Assembly: GCA_964016885.1 (NCBI GenBank)
Contig: OZ024743.1
Location: forward strand, 57,660,001 to 57,724,000
Origin: Eledone cirrhosa
Taxonomy: Eukaryota
Length of the DNA: 64,000 nt
Reading direction: 5' to 3'
Positions 40,115 through 53,502 of the stretch are shown here, piece by piece. How positions within the stretch are numbered: the first letter of the stretch is position 1; the number at the start of each line of letters is the position of its first letter. A model generated the notes under the pieces. It had not been told where the DNA came from. It saw only the letters and a program-made list of their open reading frames with translations, and made no database searches. The position numbers and the translations under genes were made by a program.

Positions 40115-40529
40115 TCTTTTCTATCTTTCTCTTTCTAAATATATTTGTATGTATACTAGTACAATAATATCAATTTTATGAAAGCATTAGAGGTAGCTGA
40201 AATATATTAGTATATTAACTGAAATAAATCTCCTCTCACGGGATGATACGCTGCTTGTACGAACTATTCTCTTGAATCTTCTCCGATAATCTAACCAGTC
40301 AGCCATGCACTTGTTTCTCACATCTTAACTTTGACACGCTTCACTGAAGCGATGCAAAGGGTTAACACAAAGTAGAGCAATAGCTTGGTAGTTATCATTC
40401 AGTTCGTCTTCATATGTATGTATGTATATTTGTATGTATGTATGTATGTATGTATGTATGTATGTATGTATGTATGTATGTATGTATGTATGTATGTATG
40501 TATGTATGCATGTATGCATGTATATGTGT

Positions 40530-42143
40530 TATCTCTTTCTCTTAATTTCGAGTATATTTTTTTGACCGGCCACCTTCCTGGTGGCAAGGTTGTAAAAGAA
40601 AAGAAATTGTCATCCCTTGAATCGCAAGAATGTTTTGCAAATTTTGAAGGTGTCAGCTATCGCAGCCATTTGTAGACTATGAATTAGGGAGCTGCGCTTT
40701 TTGTCCGCAAATCCAAGTTCAGTCATACTTTGGTCCAAGCGGGTTGGTATATAACCCGTAGCTCCAATAATGATGTGTATGAAGCTAAAGGTGTATCTTG
40801 GATACTGGATTTGTAAACTCCTCATCAATGGTCCGTAGATGACCTCCGTCTCCTGTATTTTTCTGACAACGTTTACATCAAGTGGGCAGCTGATCTCCAC
40901 AACAGAACACGTTTTCAATGTGTGGTCCCAAACAACAATATCAGGCCGGTTGTGCTTTAATTTGGTGGCAGTTTTTATTTTCAGGTTCCACCAGTATTCC
41001 TTAGTGCCATCTGTCTCAATATATTCTTCCTCGTTTGTTGTTAATTTTGTTTTCCGAAGTGCGTTCCAGATGGTTCTAGCTATCCCATCGTGTCTCATGG
41101 GGAGGTAGTAGCGAGATGACATTCTTTCGCAGCTGGCAACAATGTGGCTTACATCCCCGATCTTTGTTTTACATAGCCTACATTTATTGTCAGCTGCTGG
41201 CCCTCCTCTTTTGTGCAGCAGATATTTGGTAGGTAGTTCTTGTTCCTGTATTGCATAGAGATATCCCTCAAGGTGTGATGTCATAAACTTGTCGGAACTC
41301 CATGCCAGGCTTTTTGAGTGGTTTATCCCCTCTATGGTCTGTGTTTTACGCCTCAAGTATCCATGCACAACTTTTTCTGTAAATTGGTCAATTTTTTTTT
41401 CTTGTTTGAACATTGAATAGGATCTTCCGATTTCTCTGGGTGAGAGATTTATATCAGGCTTTATTCCATATCTCTCCTTCAGATCAGTCGCTATTCTAAT
41501 GATACTTTTTTTTTTCATGCTCATAAACCTGGGCAAGATGGTTGCCAACCTTTTTCCTCTGTTGAAGGTGTTGCTTCAGTGTTACAATCCGGGTCTCATA
41601 TGTTGTTAATATTGATTTTAGACCCCGGCCACCTTCCTTGCGTGAGAAGTATAGCCTATCCACATCACCATTGATGTTAAAGTTCCCAGTAGCACTGAGA
41701 AGTTTTCTAGTTCTAACATCCATCTCACTTAGTTCTTGCAATGACCAGTTCAGCAGGCCAAATGTTGGCGTTAGAATTGGCACAGCATAAGTATTGTGGG
41801 CAATCTATTTGTTGTATGCTGACAGTTCTGATGACCATATTTTCTTTACCCTTCTGAGGTATTCAGTTCTGGTTCTCTCCTTATTTATGGATCCATCATA
41901 TCTGACATTCTCATCCTGTCCAAGATATCTGTAGTTGTCACCTGACTGCAGAGGTTGTATTGTCAGGCCGTTCATCTCTAGATTTCTAGAGGAGGGCACA
42001 GCTCTTCCACGTTTTACTGCCAAATATGCACACTTGGACTCACCAAATTTCATTTTGATGTCGGTTGAAAATTGTGTAATGAGGTCCAATTGTTTCATGA
42101 TGTCATTGATATTTGGCCCATACAACTTCAGGTCATCATTATA
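40530..42143 (-). mobile_element. R4/Dong-type (RLE) non-LTR retrotransposon, 5'-truncated
   Basis: xNDDLKLY at the RT active site, YRYLG, RLYFSRKEGGRGL, CRLC..SHIVASC, RHD, NRPDIVV, VVEISCP (PD-D/E nuclease). 3' end abuts (TACA)n. Confidence 0.9.
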
Positions 42144-42617
42144 TATTCTCTAGATGTTTTTTATATATATATATGTTTTTATCTTTATTCTTATTTTCAC
42201 TTTTATCCTCCTTAATATTTTACCTTATTCTTACTTTTATACCTTATTATAGTGTAATCTTCCCCATGCCTTATTATACATTATTAATTATAGATTATTA
42301 TTATTACTCTTTTTCCATTTCTAATTACCTCATGTACTTTCTCCTCCGTTATATATATATTGTATGCCCTTTGTGTGTGAGGTAGCCTCTGCACACCCTC
42401 TGCACCATACTATCGACGCCACCCCATCTATGGTTCAGCTAACCACTCGACTCCCGGGAATGAATATGACCACAGCTAGTAAACAAGGACCCACACCCCA
42501 CTCTCCCGCACCAAAATTAGACTTATCGTCCCCTGCTTTTGCTCTTTACTCTCTTTACTCTTTGTTCTTGAATGTTTGGTTGGTAGAGTCCATAACACCA
42601 ATCAAACCCCTTTTATA

Positions 42618-42662
42618 GCTCTGACGAAACCTACGGTTACGTAAGGAAGAAACATTGTAAGC
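42618..42662 (+). ncRNA. Hammerhead motif in a solo PLE 3' end (about 42145-42710)
   Basis: gct-CTGACGA-aacctacg-gtta-cgtaaggaa-GAAA-cattg-TA-agc, then AATAAA and (TA)n. Confidence 0.7.
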
Positions 42663-42833
42663 CAATAAAAATCTTTTGATGTTGTAGACGCTCTTGTGTT
42701 CTTTATCATATATATATATATATGATTATATTGACAGAGTCAATATAATGAGATTAGTTTCTTCACGAGAAAGTGTGTTGTTTGCTTCGTATTTCGTTTA
42801 GAATTCCAATAACAGTTTTAGTTATGTTAATTG

Positions 42834-42921
<88 letters not shown>

Positions 42922-43329
42922 TTACCCTATTACTATTACTGGTTATAGTCATTGGTCTGCGGCTATACCGAGACTCTGCTTTGATTAAGTTGTTTGGACT
43001 TTCAATTATGGTTTCTGTTAAATTCACAGTAAATGTATATATATAATATATATGTTTATGTCCTCCCGGCATTTGTCTTGGGTGTACTGTGATCAAATCT
43101 ATTCAAAAGTTGTCTATTGCCATCTATCGTAATGCCCATTTTCCTTAAAATAAAAGATGTTAAAAGGCATTCAAATCTTGCATAATATAATTTTCAAAAA
43201 TTTATTGGAATATCTAAATACGGAAAGTAATAAAGAAAATAATAGAAAAATGTATTCTAGATAAATTATATAACATTTACAGAACTTTAGTATATACAAT
43301 GTTTTTATCGTTTATCGAACATTGACAAG

Positions 43330-43970
43330 AGTTTGTAGGGGCTTCCTACTCTGTAACAATGTACATACTATTGACCACGTGAGAAACAGTTTTCTTCTAG
43401 ATGGAGACTGAAAACCTGCAGTATTTGACCTTGAGACTTGTTAATGGTCATTGCGTAACTGACTATTACTGGGAATTACAATAATTTGAAACAAAACCGG
43501 ACATCTTTTGGTATTAACGGTATTCTAGGTATAAATACGATGTCTCCCTTACCACATCCATTTTCGCTTCGATAATGTGAGGCTGTAGTTCAGTCACATC
43601 TATATGCGACCCAATGCACAATCATAGCTGATCAGGGCTTTTGAGAAGCATGAAGAATGTAACCTTCTTCAGTTCAAAGTTGTGTGGCGCAAACCGTTCG
43701 GTTCCAGACTGTTGATTAATTCAACGGGATAATGAACAGCTTCCTCTTCATCGACAACTTTGTCGATATATTTATAGGTCTGGCTACCTCTAGGGATCAT
43801 CTGTGAGAGATTTCTGTTGATGGCATTCACTGTCATGTTTTTCAGGGCAACGATTACTCTTTCACACGGCCACACTTCGTAGGAATGGTGGATTTGTAAA
43901 TTGGGGAAGATTTGATTAAGTTGACAAGTCCACAAAAGTACAAAATGATGAAGGATCAACACACCCATCA
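43330..43970 (-). pseudogene. Helitron RepHel PIF1-like helicase C-terminal relic
   Basis: IFPNL..W.CERVIVALKN..VNAIN, YPVELINSLEPNG, VFIPRIPLIP, MTINKSQGQ across frameshifts. Confidence 0.85.
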
Positions 43971-43984
43971 GTATAAAGGGATTG

Positions 43985-44780
43985 CTATTCTATAAATGTA
44001 AATGCCTGAGTGGTGCTTATCTGTAACTCTGAGGGTCTCCATCTCTTCCCACCTCTGTTATTCCCATAAAAGAAATCTCAGAGGCTGGGACAATCCGAGT
44101 GTTCTCCCCCAATTTCTTTTTCAGAAAAGAAGGCAATTGCTAGCATCTAGGAGAGCAGATTAGTTGAAAAAACACAAAAAAATTAGGTAAAAATATTTCT
44201 TCGCGATCACCAGTGGGTGCTTTTCTATAAATGTAAACAGCTGAGAGGTACTTATATGTAACTCCGAGAGACCCCGCACTCCTTACCTCCGTTCTCGGGA
44301 AAATATGTCGTTGGCGAGTGATTCGGATATCAGATCGATCGAAAACAAACGAAAAAATAGACTAGAAGTTAAAAAAATTCCCACAGCAGAAATCTCCGAG
44401 GCTGGGAAAATCCGAGGGTCAACCTCTCACCCCCACTCTACTGCTGATATTTTAGCCGTATTGGAAGTTGGGGGCCTCGTCGGACACATTTCATTTTTGT
44501 AACGCAAAGACGGCAGTATCGGAATCATTGTTGACGTATTTGTACACATATTTATGGGTTCCCTTTCGCCCCGCCCACATTCCATGAATGTGCTTATTTG
44601 TAACTTCGAGGGTCGCCCTCCCTTCCCGTCTTCATTATCAGAAAAGGAGTCGGTGGAAAGTGAGTCAGATGTCATATCGATCGACATCAAATCCATAAAA
44701 ACTAGAAAAGAAAAAATATCCCAATGAAGAAATCTCCGGGGCTGGGATAATCCGAGTGTCCCACCTCACACCTCCTCATT
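43985..44780. repeat. Three degenerate tandem copies of a ~230-350-bp unit
   Basis: gaaatctc.gaggctggga.aatccgag at about 44072, 44389 and 44729; cttat.tgtaact..gag at about 44016, 44251 and 44593. Confidence 0.65.
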
Positions 44781-45166
44781 CCATTTTCATATATGTATGT
44801 GTGTGTGTATGTATATATTTATATGTATGTGTATGTGTAAATGTGTGTATTGCTTACCACGTGTGTTTGTTTATTTATTTGTGTCCTTTCCTGTATCGCT
44901 ATCAACTTTATAATAATTTTTATTTTTATTTTCTTAAGTCGTATATTTTTATTTTTTATTTTTATTTTGATGTGACGGCCTTTTGCATCATATGGTTGTC
45001 CATTGTTTTTTTATTATTATTTTTTATTATTATTTTTTATTATAATTAATTGTGTGTGTGCGTATGTAGGTGTGTGTACATATATCTATATATGTGTGTG
45101 CGTATGTATGCGTGTATATATGTGTGTATGTATGTGTGTGTATGTACGTGTGTATGTATGTATGAT

Positions 45167-45208
<42 letters not shown>

Positions 45209-45276
45209 TGTATATATGTGTGTATGTATGTGTGTGTATGTACGTGTGTATGTATGTATGTATGATTATATGTGTG

Positions 45277-45320
<44 letters not shown>

Positions 45321-45633
45321 TCTGTGTGTGTTTGTGTATTTGTGTGTATGTGTATGTATGGATATGTATATATATATATGTATGTATATGTATATATGTA
45401 TGTTTGTGTGTATGTGTATATATGTGTGTATGTATATATATGTATATATATATATGTATATATATATATGTATAAATGTGTGTATGTATATGTGTGCGTG
45501 CGTGTGTGTACATGTGTGTTCATCTACTTTTATATTTATTCTGTTTCCTTTCCTTCTTCCTTTTCCAGCCTCACTTTCATATAGATTATATATTTGTTTT
45601 TAAAATCCACTGTCAATAAATACACCAGGATTT

Positions 45634-45694
45634 TTTCATTCTGATGACTGAAAGTAAATTTTGTTTGCTTTCAAGAAACCACTGGTAAATGAAA
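45634..45694 (+). ncRNA. Hammerhead ribozyme upstream of the Naiad ORF
   Basis: tttcatt-CTGATGA-c-tgaaagtaaa/tttgctttca-a-GAAA-ccactgg-TA-aatgaaa; all three stems pair. Confidence 0.85.
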
Positions 45695-45907
45695 TAATTA
45701 TCTTATGTTGTTTATTACATAACTATTAAGCTCTGTAACCTACATAGAGCACTCTTTTTTCCTGGACCTTTCCGACGGAATTACTTCATTTATACAGCTC
45801 CAACCGGGATTGATTGAAGCCTATTCTATATTACATATATGATTGGCACTTTCCAGCCCGATTAGTTGAGCACTCTACAGTTTTCAGGAATTTAACCAAC
45901 ATACACC

Positions 45908-48040
45908 ATGGACCTTTATGAATTGGATTATTCAATCAAAAATATACCTACTCCTTCCAACACAACTTATACCAAACTGCTTATAGATAAAATCGAACAA
46001 GTCGTTAAAAGAATGAGATGGAAGGCAATGGTTTACGATGGACTATTCAGTGCTGATACAAATGATTGTTTTCACATAAAATCCCGTAAATACCCACCTA
46101 GAATTAAAGACATGGCCAACTTCGAATTAGACCTTGTTAATTTAATTAGTGATATCAAATTTCTTAAGTACAATAATAATTTTCAAACTAAACTGTCTAA
46201 AGATATTTCTAATTTTAAAAATTCTACACACACTTTTGTTCTTTCCGATAAAACTAAAATTTTCTTTGAAGTTAATAGTATTTTGTATAACCAACTTTTA
46301 ACTAATAGTATCACCAACAAATATCAATTAACTAATAATAACACCTACAATACTATTAATAAAGAAGCTAAAGAACTAGCTAGTTCTTTAAAAATAGACA
46401 ACCGGATTGAAAGCCTAGCTAAACGTAAAGAATATATTACCCTTAAAGATCATAAATTAGGCTTTACTAATCGACCTAGCTGTACACTGATTAACCCGGC
46501 TAAATCCGAAGTTGGCCTTGCAACTAAAAAAATCTTAAGAAAAATAATTCTCCAAATTAGAACTAACACTGACTTATCACAATGGTTAAATACATCCTCT
46601 GTTATTTCTTGGTTTAATAATATACACGATAAAAATAAGTGTAGATTTACCCAATTTGATATTGTTGATTTTTACCCCTCTATTACTGTTTCCTTATTAA
46701 CTAAAGCCTTAGATTTTGCAAGACCCCTCATTAATATTTCTAAATTAGAAGAAGACATTATCTTTCATGCTAGGAAAACTCTACTCTTTACTAATGAAAG
46801 TATTTGGGTTAAACAGTCAAACCCTGAAAACTCTTTTGATGTTGCAATGGGTTCATATGACAGTGCGGATGTGTGTGACTAAGTAGTATTATTCCTTCTC
46901 CACACCCTTAAAGAGAAATTTCCTTCCCATAATATCGGTTTATACCGTGACGACGGATTGGCAGTTTCTCATACCACCAACGGCCATAACCTTGATAAAT
47001 TCCGTAAAGATTTAATCAATACTTTTGCTAATCTTAACCTTAAAATTACTATAGATACCAACCTTATCTATGTTAACTTTATTCACATAAATCTTGATCT
47101 ACTTACTGCCTCTTTTAAACCTTATCATAAACCGAACGAAAATCTTAGATATATACACAAAGAGTTTTGCCATCCCCCTATGGTTTTTAAAAATCTTATT
47201 CCCAACATTAGCTGTCGGATTTCTACCTTATCTTCGTCTCTAGACATTTTTAACAAAGCCGCCCCTTATTATAATAAAGCCCTTAATAACAGCGGCTGTA
47301 CAGAACACATTAAATATTTACCTACTCCTCCCTCTAAAACTAACCACAATAATAGGAAAAGGAAAATTATTTGGTTTACACCCCCCTTCTCTCTAACTGT
47401 CAAAACTAATGTAGGAAGGAAATTCCTTGACCTCTTAGACAAACATTTTCCTCCTAATCATAGATATTATAAGATATTTAATAGAAATCTAGTTAAAATC
47501 GGTTACTCTTGCTGCCCATCAATGTAGTTTAAAATCACCAATTCTAATCATACGAGAATAAATCCAGGATGCAGTTGCAGGAAGCCTGATGAATGCCCAT
47601 TACAGGGCAAATGTAATACCAAATCGGTTGTATATGACGCCAAAGTGACACCTTTAATTAACAACCAGCCAGCCAGGAGTGAACGATATGTTGGCATGAC
47701 TCAGGACAGGTTCAAAACCAGGTTTTATGCACATGTCGCTTCTTTTAAACACTCTGATAAAAGAACAGCAACGGCTCTCGCAAATAAGGTGTGGGAATTC
47801 AAAGATAAAAACATCCCGTACTCTATCGATTGGTCTATTTTAGACCATTCGAGAGAATACCAAAGGGGCACAAATAATTGTTCTTTGTGTACCACTGAAA
47901 AATTTAGGATTCTACAAAACTTGAAAGCCACTTCAGCTTGCCTGAACTCCAAGACCGAGATCTTCAGATGTTATCCTCACCTGAAATCACATCTGATCTG
48001 TAACTGGATTGACATTCCTACGATGACTCAACCACCTTGA
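45908..48040 (+). pseudogene. Naiad-type PLE RT/GIY-YIG polyprotein, one frame with two nonsense codons
   Basis: YSIKNIP, RMRWKA, ITLKDHK, QFDIVDFYPSI, AMGSYDSA, LYRDDG, IIWFTPPFS, CSC..CPLQGKC, VVY..YVG..FKTRF..H, CSLCTTEK. Stops TAA 46880-82 and TAG 47525-27 lie in the same frame. Confidence 0.92.
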
Positions 48041-48258
48041 ACTTCTTCTCTGCTCTCTAGGCCTTACATCCACTACGATTTTTATTACTCTCTAAACTCA
48101 CTTTCTGTATTCTTATATTCTTTTTCTCCCTTATCTCCCTTATATTTAAACTTTTTCCTATGTTATTTATTTTCCTTATTCCCCCTACTTTCTACCTTAC
48201 CCTTTACATACCCACCTATTTTATTTATAGATATTTATTTCTGTGTGTATGTGTTGTG

Positions 48259-48337
<79 letters not shown>

Positions 48338-48523
48338 ATATAATTATATATATCTGTATGCATAATTACATACAGAGTGATTTAATGTTTATTTTCGTTG
48401 ATTATTTGCTCTAGGAACTTGTTGAGTGCTCTAATTCAGCTATAAACATTTATACCTTTATCTATTTATTGATTTATTTATTATTTGTCGTATTCCCAAC
48501 TATTTGTTTACCCCTTCCACCTT

Positions 48524-48562
<39 letters not shown>

Positions 48563-48572
48563 TATGTATTTT

Positions 48573-48636
<64 letters not shown>

Positions 48637-48673
48637 AAAGAATAGAGGTTTAACATACAAGTTATGATATATT

Positions 48674-49042
48674 GGTAAACGGAAAAGAAAATGCTGACAA
48701 ATTGTTCACAGTGAAAAATAGTTTAATTAGGAATAAGTGAGAATTAGTAATGTTATTGGTTAGTATTCAGCTTTGGTTTTAAGGTTTACCGGTTGCGCAT
48801 TTCTAATGCTTTTCAAAAATAATTTTGAGATAGAGCGTCCTTGATGTTTGCTCTAATCTGATTAGAGCAAACATCACGGACGCTCTATCTCAATATTATT
48901 TTTGAAAAGCATTAGAAATGCGCAACCGGTAAACCTTAAAACCAAAGCTGAATACTAACCAATAACATTACTAATTCTCACTTATTCCTAATTAAACTAT
49001 TTTTCACTGTGAACAATTTGTCAGAATTTTCTTTTCCGTTTA

Positions 49043-49044
<2 letters not shown>
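48674..49044. repeat. Near-perfect 371-bp palindrome (185-bp arms, 1-nt centre) with a variant HHR in each arm
   Basis: Centre at 48859. Arm motif tt-TTGAAAA-gcatt-aga-aatgc-GCAA-ccgg-TA-aa at 48900-48933. Confidence 0.92.
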
Positions 49045-49113
<69 letters not shown>

Positions 49114-49341
49114 ATATATATATATGTATATATATGTGTATATATATATATGTATGTATGTATATATATATTTATATGTGTGTGTATGTGTGTCTGTGTG
49201 TGTATGTATATATTTATATGTATGTATGTGATGTGTAAATGTGTGTATTGTTTACCACGCGTGTTTGTTTATTTATGTGTGTCCTTTCCTGTATCGCTGT
49301 CAACTTTATAATAATTTTTAATTTTATTTTCTTAAGTCGTA

Positions 49342-49372
<31 letters not shown>

Positions 49373-49534
49373 ATTATTTTTTATTATAATTAATTGTGTG
49401 TGTGCGTATGTAGGTGTGTGTACATATATCTATATATGTGTGTGCGTATGTATGCGTGTATATATGTGTGTATGTATGTGTGTGTATGTACGTGTGTATG
49501 TACGTGTGTATATATGTATGATTATATGTGTGTG

Positions 49535-49601
<67 letters not shown>

Positions 49602-49771
49602 GTGTGTGTGTTTGTGTGTATGTGTATGTATGGATATGTGTATATATATATATATTTATGTATGTATATGTATATATGTATATGTGTGTATGTGTATATA
49701 TGTGTGTATTTATATGTGTGTGTGCATGTGTGTGTGTGCATGTGTGTTTATCTACTTTTATATTTATTTGT

Positions 49772-51121
49772 TTTCCGATACTCAAATACTCAGCAATGTC
49801 CAGTAGTGCTAAGTTTAATATTCTGATCGTAGACTTGGTACGAGTGATGAAGAAAGTGTCCCGCATGTGCGACCCAACAGAAATGGAAAGACACATCCAA
49901 CACTTCATCAACCTCATGCAGTTCTCTGGCTACAATCAAAGAGTCAGAATCAGAGTATACGAAGAAGCCACGGAGAAGTATAAGACCCTCATAGAACTGG
50001 ACACGAAAGGAATTTGCCCATTATACAGGAAAAAATCTTGGAATAGCTTAGATAGGACTAAACATAAGATAAGGAAAGCCGCCTCATGGTACGACAACCA
50101 GAGATACCAGAGTGTCATGTTCGTGGACGCTACCCCTGGAGGGAAATTAGCTAACAAGTGTAGAAAGGCCATGAGAAAGACCCACTTAAAGCCAGGAACC
50201 ACCATAAAACCCTTGATCAGCAAAACATACCCTTTTACGAAAACCCACTGTACTAATAGGAAATGTATTATATGTAAAGTAAACCCCCGGATAAACTGTA
50301 AAACTAGAAACGTAGTCTATAGCATAAGATGTACAGAGGGTACTTGCAGAAACATGACAACAACATACATAGGCGAGACAGTCGTAGTATAGGTGAAAGG
50401 ATAGACCAACACTGGCGTGAACTAAAAGGACGAAAAAACAGTTCAGTACTATACGAACACGCCAGACAACAACATGATGGTAACATAGACAACATAGAAA
50501 TTAAAATAATATCTTAACATGGAAATGACCCAGCAGATAGGCAAATCAGAGAGGCCAGTGAAATAGAACTTAGAAGGCCAAAGCTAAACAGAAAAAATGA
50601 ATGGAATAACAACACCCAAACAAACAATACTGACCTAAGAGAAACATAAATAAATAAATAAATATATACACGAGCACAATAACAACAAACACATATAAAC
50701 ACGCACTAGTAAACTAAGATAGAATACAATAACCAAAACATAGTCACCCAAACACGAACACATCAAACACTATACACACACGCAAACGCATGCGCAGAGA
50801 AGAAGACAAAGATAAATAAATAAATAAAGAGATTAAATAAAGATGGCGTAGATATACAATACAACAGGAGGAAACATAATAGCACCACTGACGATGTTGC
50901 AGATGTGCAGCGAAAGAACTTTGTTAGACTATATATATGTGTTTGTGTCTATATTATATCTGTATTTTGACCGTTGGTCAGTCAATGGTAAACATTGAGG
51001 ACCGAATAAATTAACTGATATAAAAGATACAGAAGCGAAAACCAACCAAACAGTGAGTGTGTTCTGTTATTAATTCTAGCAATATTATTACAACAATATG
51101 ACCCTCCCTAAGTATAACAAT
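49772..51121 (+). mobile_element. 5'-truncated Penelope-like element (family B): thumb, zinc finger, GIY-YIG, pseudo-LTR with HHR
   Basis: [32 protein letters not shown]....CIIC..CKTRNVVYSIRC..YIGET, ERIDQH, IREASEI; HHR at 50885-50925; ends ccctaagtataacaa(TA)n. Confidence 0.88.
50885..50925 (+). ncRNA. Minimal hammerhead motif (family B)
   Basis: cca-CTGACGA-tgttgca-gatg-tgcagc-GAAA-gaac-TT-tg; homologous to 26947. Confidence 0.6.
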
Positions 51122-51849
51122 ATATATATTTATATATATATATATATATTGTTCCGATTAGTAAATCTTGATGCCAAAACCCAAAGTACTCGATGTTATG
51201 CCCATCATCCAACATAGATGGGGAATCACCTTTTTGGTGCAGGAACATCGTAGTGTTTGGATCACTTTTGTATCAATTCTCTGTTTATATTTTGCTGTAA
51301 CTCAGTAAGGATTACTGAATTAAATCTTTTAAATATTCTATATTCATTACATCTGATGTTGTGTACTGAAGCAGACTCTTATGCAAATTTAAAGAATACT
51401 TTACGGTTTGTTTATATATTTACTGTTACCCTAGCTTTTCTTTCTACCTTCTCCATCTTATGAAACTATTTGAGTTCATTCTCAATTTCTAACAGTGGAT
51501 AATTTAAATGGAATTTCATGAATGCGGTTTGCGATCTTAGTTCTTCATCTCATAAGAACTTTTTCTATTTCTGGGGATTTATTTTTTTCTGTTGATCTTC
51601 TTTACTGGAAAAAACATTAAATTTACTGAATATAGCTTGAATTATTGACAGAAATTGTTTTATATTCATGTCTTGCATGGAACTTTCAGGCCGGTTTTTG
51701 TGCAATCATTTTCTAGTTTGCTTTGTGAAGGTTCAGACGGGATAGAGTTTGGGTGCTTATTATAAAGTGTTTATCTAATGGTTTTCCTAGATCATACATT
51801 ATCAGCTCTTCTATGTTGTGGATGAGCTCCATGTTGTTTTTAAAGTATA

Positions 51850-52597
51850 CTAGACCACACGTGACCCGTTGGGTCACGTTCACTTAGCATAATCAGCCAC
51901 ATAAAAAAATCAATTAAACGAGGCTATAAGTTTAAAATGTACCTATGAAGAAAAAATAGATAAATAAACGATAGCTATTTTATCCGCGATCTACAGCCAC
52001 AGAAGATTTACCTAGTATTTCTAATAGCCCGTAGAAATTGACTAGACATATAGCTAACCATACACAATTAGGTACAAAATCAAAGTTAGAAGAAAAAATG
52101 TACATAAACATACCAAAAACATGTTTCTACCCATGGGGGTTTCATTCGCTTTTTAGAAATATCCGATCATGGATAAATCAACGAGTTTCGAAATCATTAG
52201 GAAACAAACTCAATTCGACAAAGATTTTTCTCAAATGATCCCCGCCAGAAACGATTTCAAAATGGCTAAGAATTGTCACATGGCCAGTGGTCAAGTCAGA
52301 AAGTTTGTGATTGGTGCCTGACGGCGAGTAGGCTGGTTGCTAGAAGGCGCAGCCGAATACTGCCTAAAGCTTTACTCAACCTTACGGGAGTATATAAAAT
52401 ATAGAGGTTTACATATACATAAACTAGACAGAGCCATATATATATATATATGTTTTTGGCAGCCATTCACGGTGTGGCTCAATGACGAATTAATTAATTA
52501 AATAATCAACAATAAGAAAGTAAGTCCATAGAATCATTTGATAAAATATTTAAAGTATTTCTTCTCCCAATTACCATATATATATATATATAATATA

Positions 52598-52628
<31 letters not shown>

Positions 52629-52770
52629 TACGTATGTGTGTGGTGTGTATATATAAATGTGGGTATTTGTGATCTATATGCACTGGTCATAGACACACAC
52701 ACACATATATATATTTGGCTGTATTACATTGCAGACAAGCAAGCAATCACAACTTTTAGTAATATATAGA
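51850..52770 (-). mobile_element. Non-autonomous Helitron, same family as 10201-10948
   Basis: Same termini (ctagaccac..gtgacccgttgggtcacg and cttttagtaatatataga) and a shared internal gtgatctata..cactggtcatagac. Confidence 0.8.
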
Positions 52771-53150
52771 TTTCTAGAATATTATTACCCCTCGTTTGGT
52801 AGAGTAACATTTGTTCCATGAACAACGTCTTGGATCCACTAAGCAGGGATTCTATTTCGCTTTCTTCTCGTTGCGACATTCCTGAGATTGTATGGCTTCC
52901 GTGTCATTTGACATTGAGGAAGTGGAAATCCCTGAAGAGATATGTTTGTATATATGTAAATACAGACACACAAACGCAATCACATACATACAACGATACA
53001 AATACACATACACCCAGACACACATATATGCAAAAAGTGTTACTTCACACGGGAAATTATCTCAATGACTTTTCTACGAGCCTTCTTACAGATTAGATTG
53101 TTGTCTACGACACACACCACTGGAAGTTTCCTCAAATTACGCGTTTAACA

Positions 53151-53202
<52 letters not shown>

Positions 53203-53220
53203 CTATATAACATCTCTTTT

Positions 53221-53286
<66 letters not shown>

Positions 53287-53502
53287 AAAAGAGATGTTAT
53301 ATAGCTATAAACATTGACCATATTATTGATTTTGGAAACTGTTGTTCCAAATTGTAGATATCTTAAAATATATGAGATTCTTATAAAGATATTGACAGCC
53401 GAAAGTAGCTGTGTCTTCTACATGACACAGGCACACAACAGACACACACACACACATATAAACACACACATACACACACACACATATATATATATATATA
53501 TG

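Larger units (their letters stand above)
44790..49771 (+). mobile_element. Naiad-type Penelope-like element: upstream pseudo-LTR, ORF and downstream pseudo-LTR with nested insertions
   Basis: Direct repeat 44790-45545 versus about 49100-49771; HHR at 45634; RT plus GIY-YIG ORF. Confidence 0.8.

Noticed and set aside
45908-48040. Possible selenocysteine-encoding Naiad
   Set aside because: The internal stops are TAA and TAG at non-Cys positions, the conserved cysteines are ordinary TGY codons, and the only in-frame TGA is terminal.
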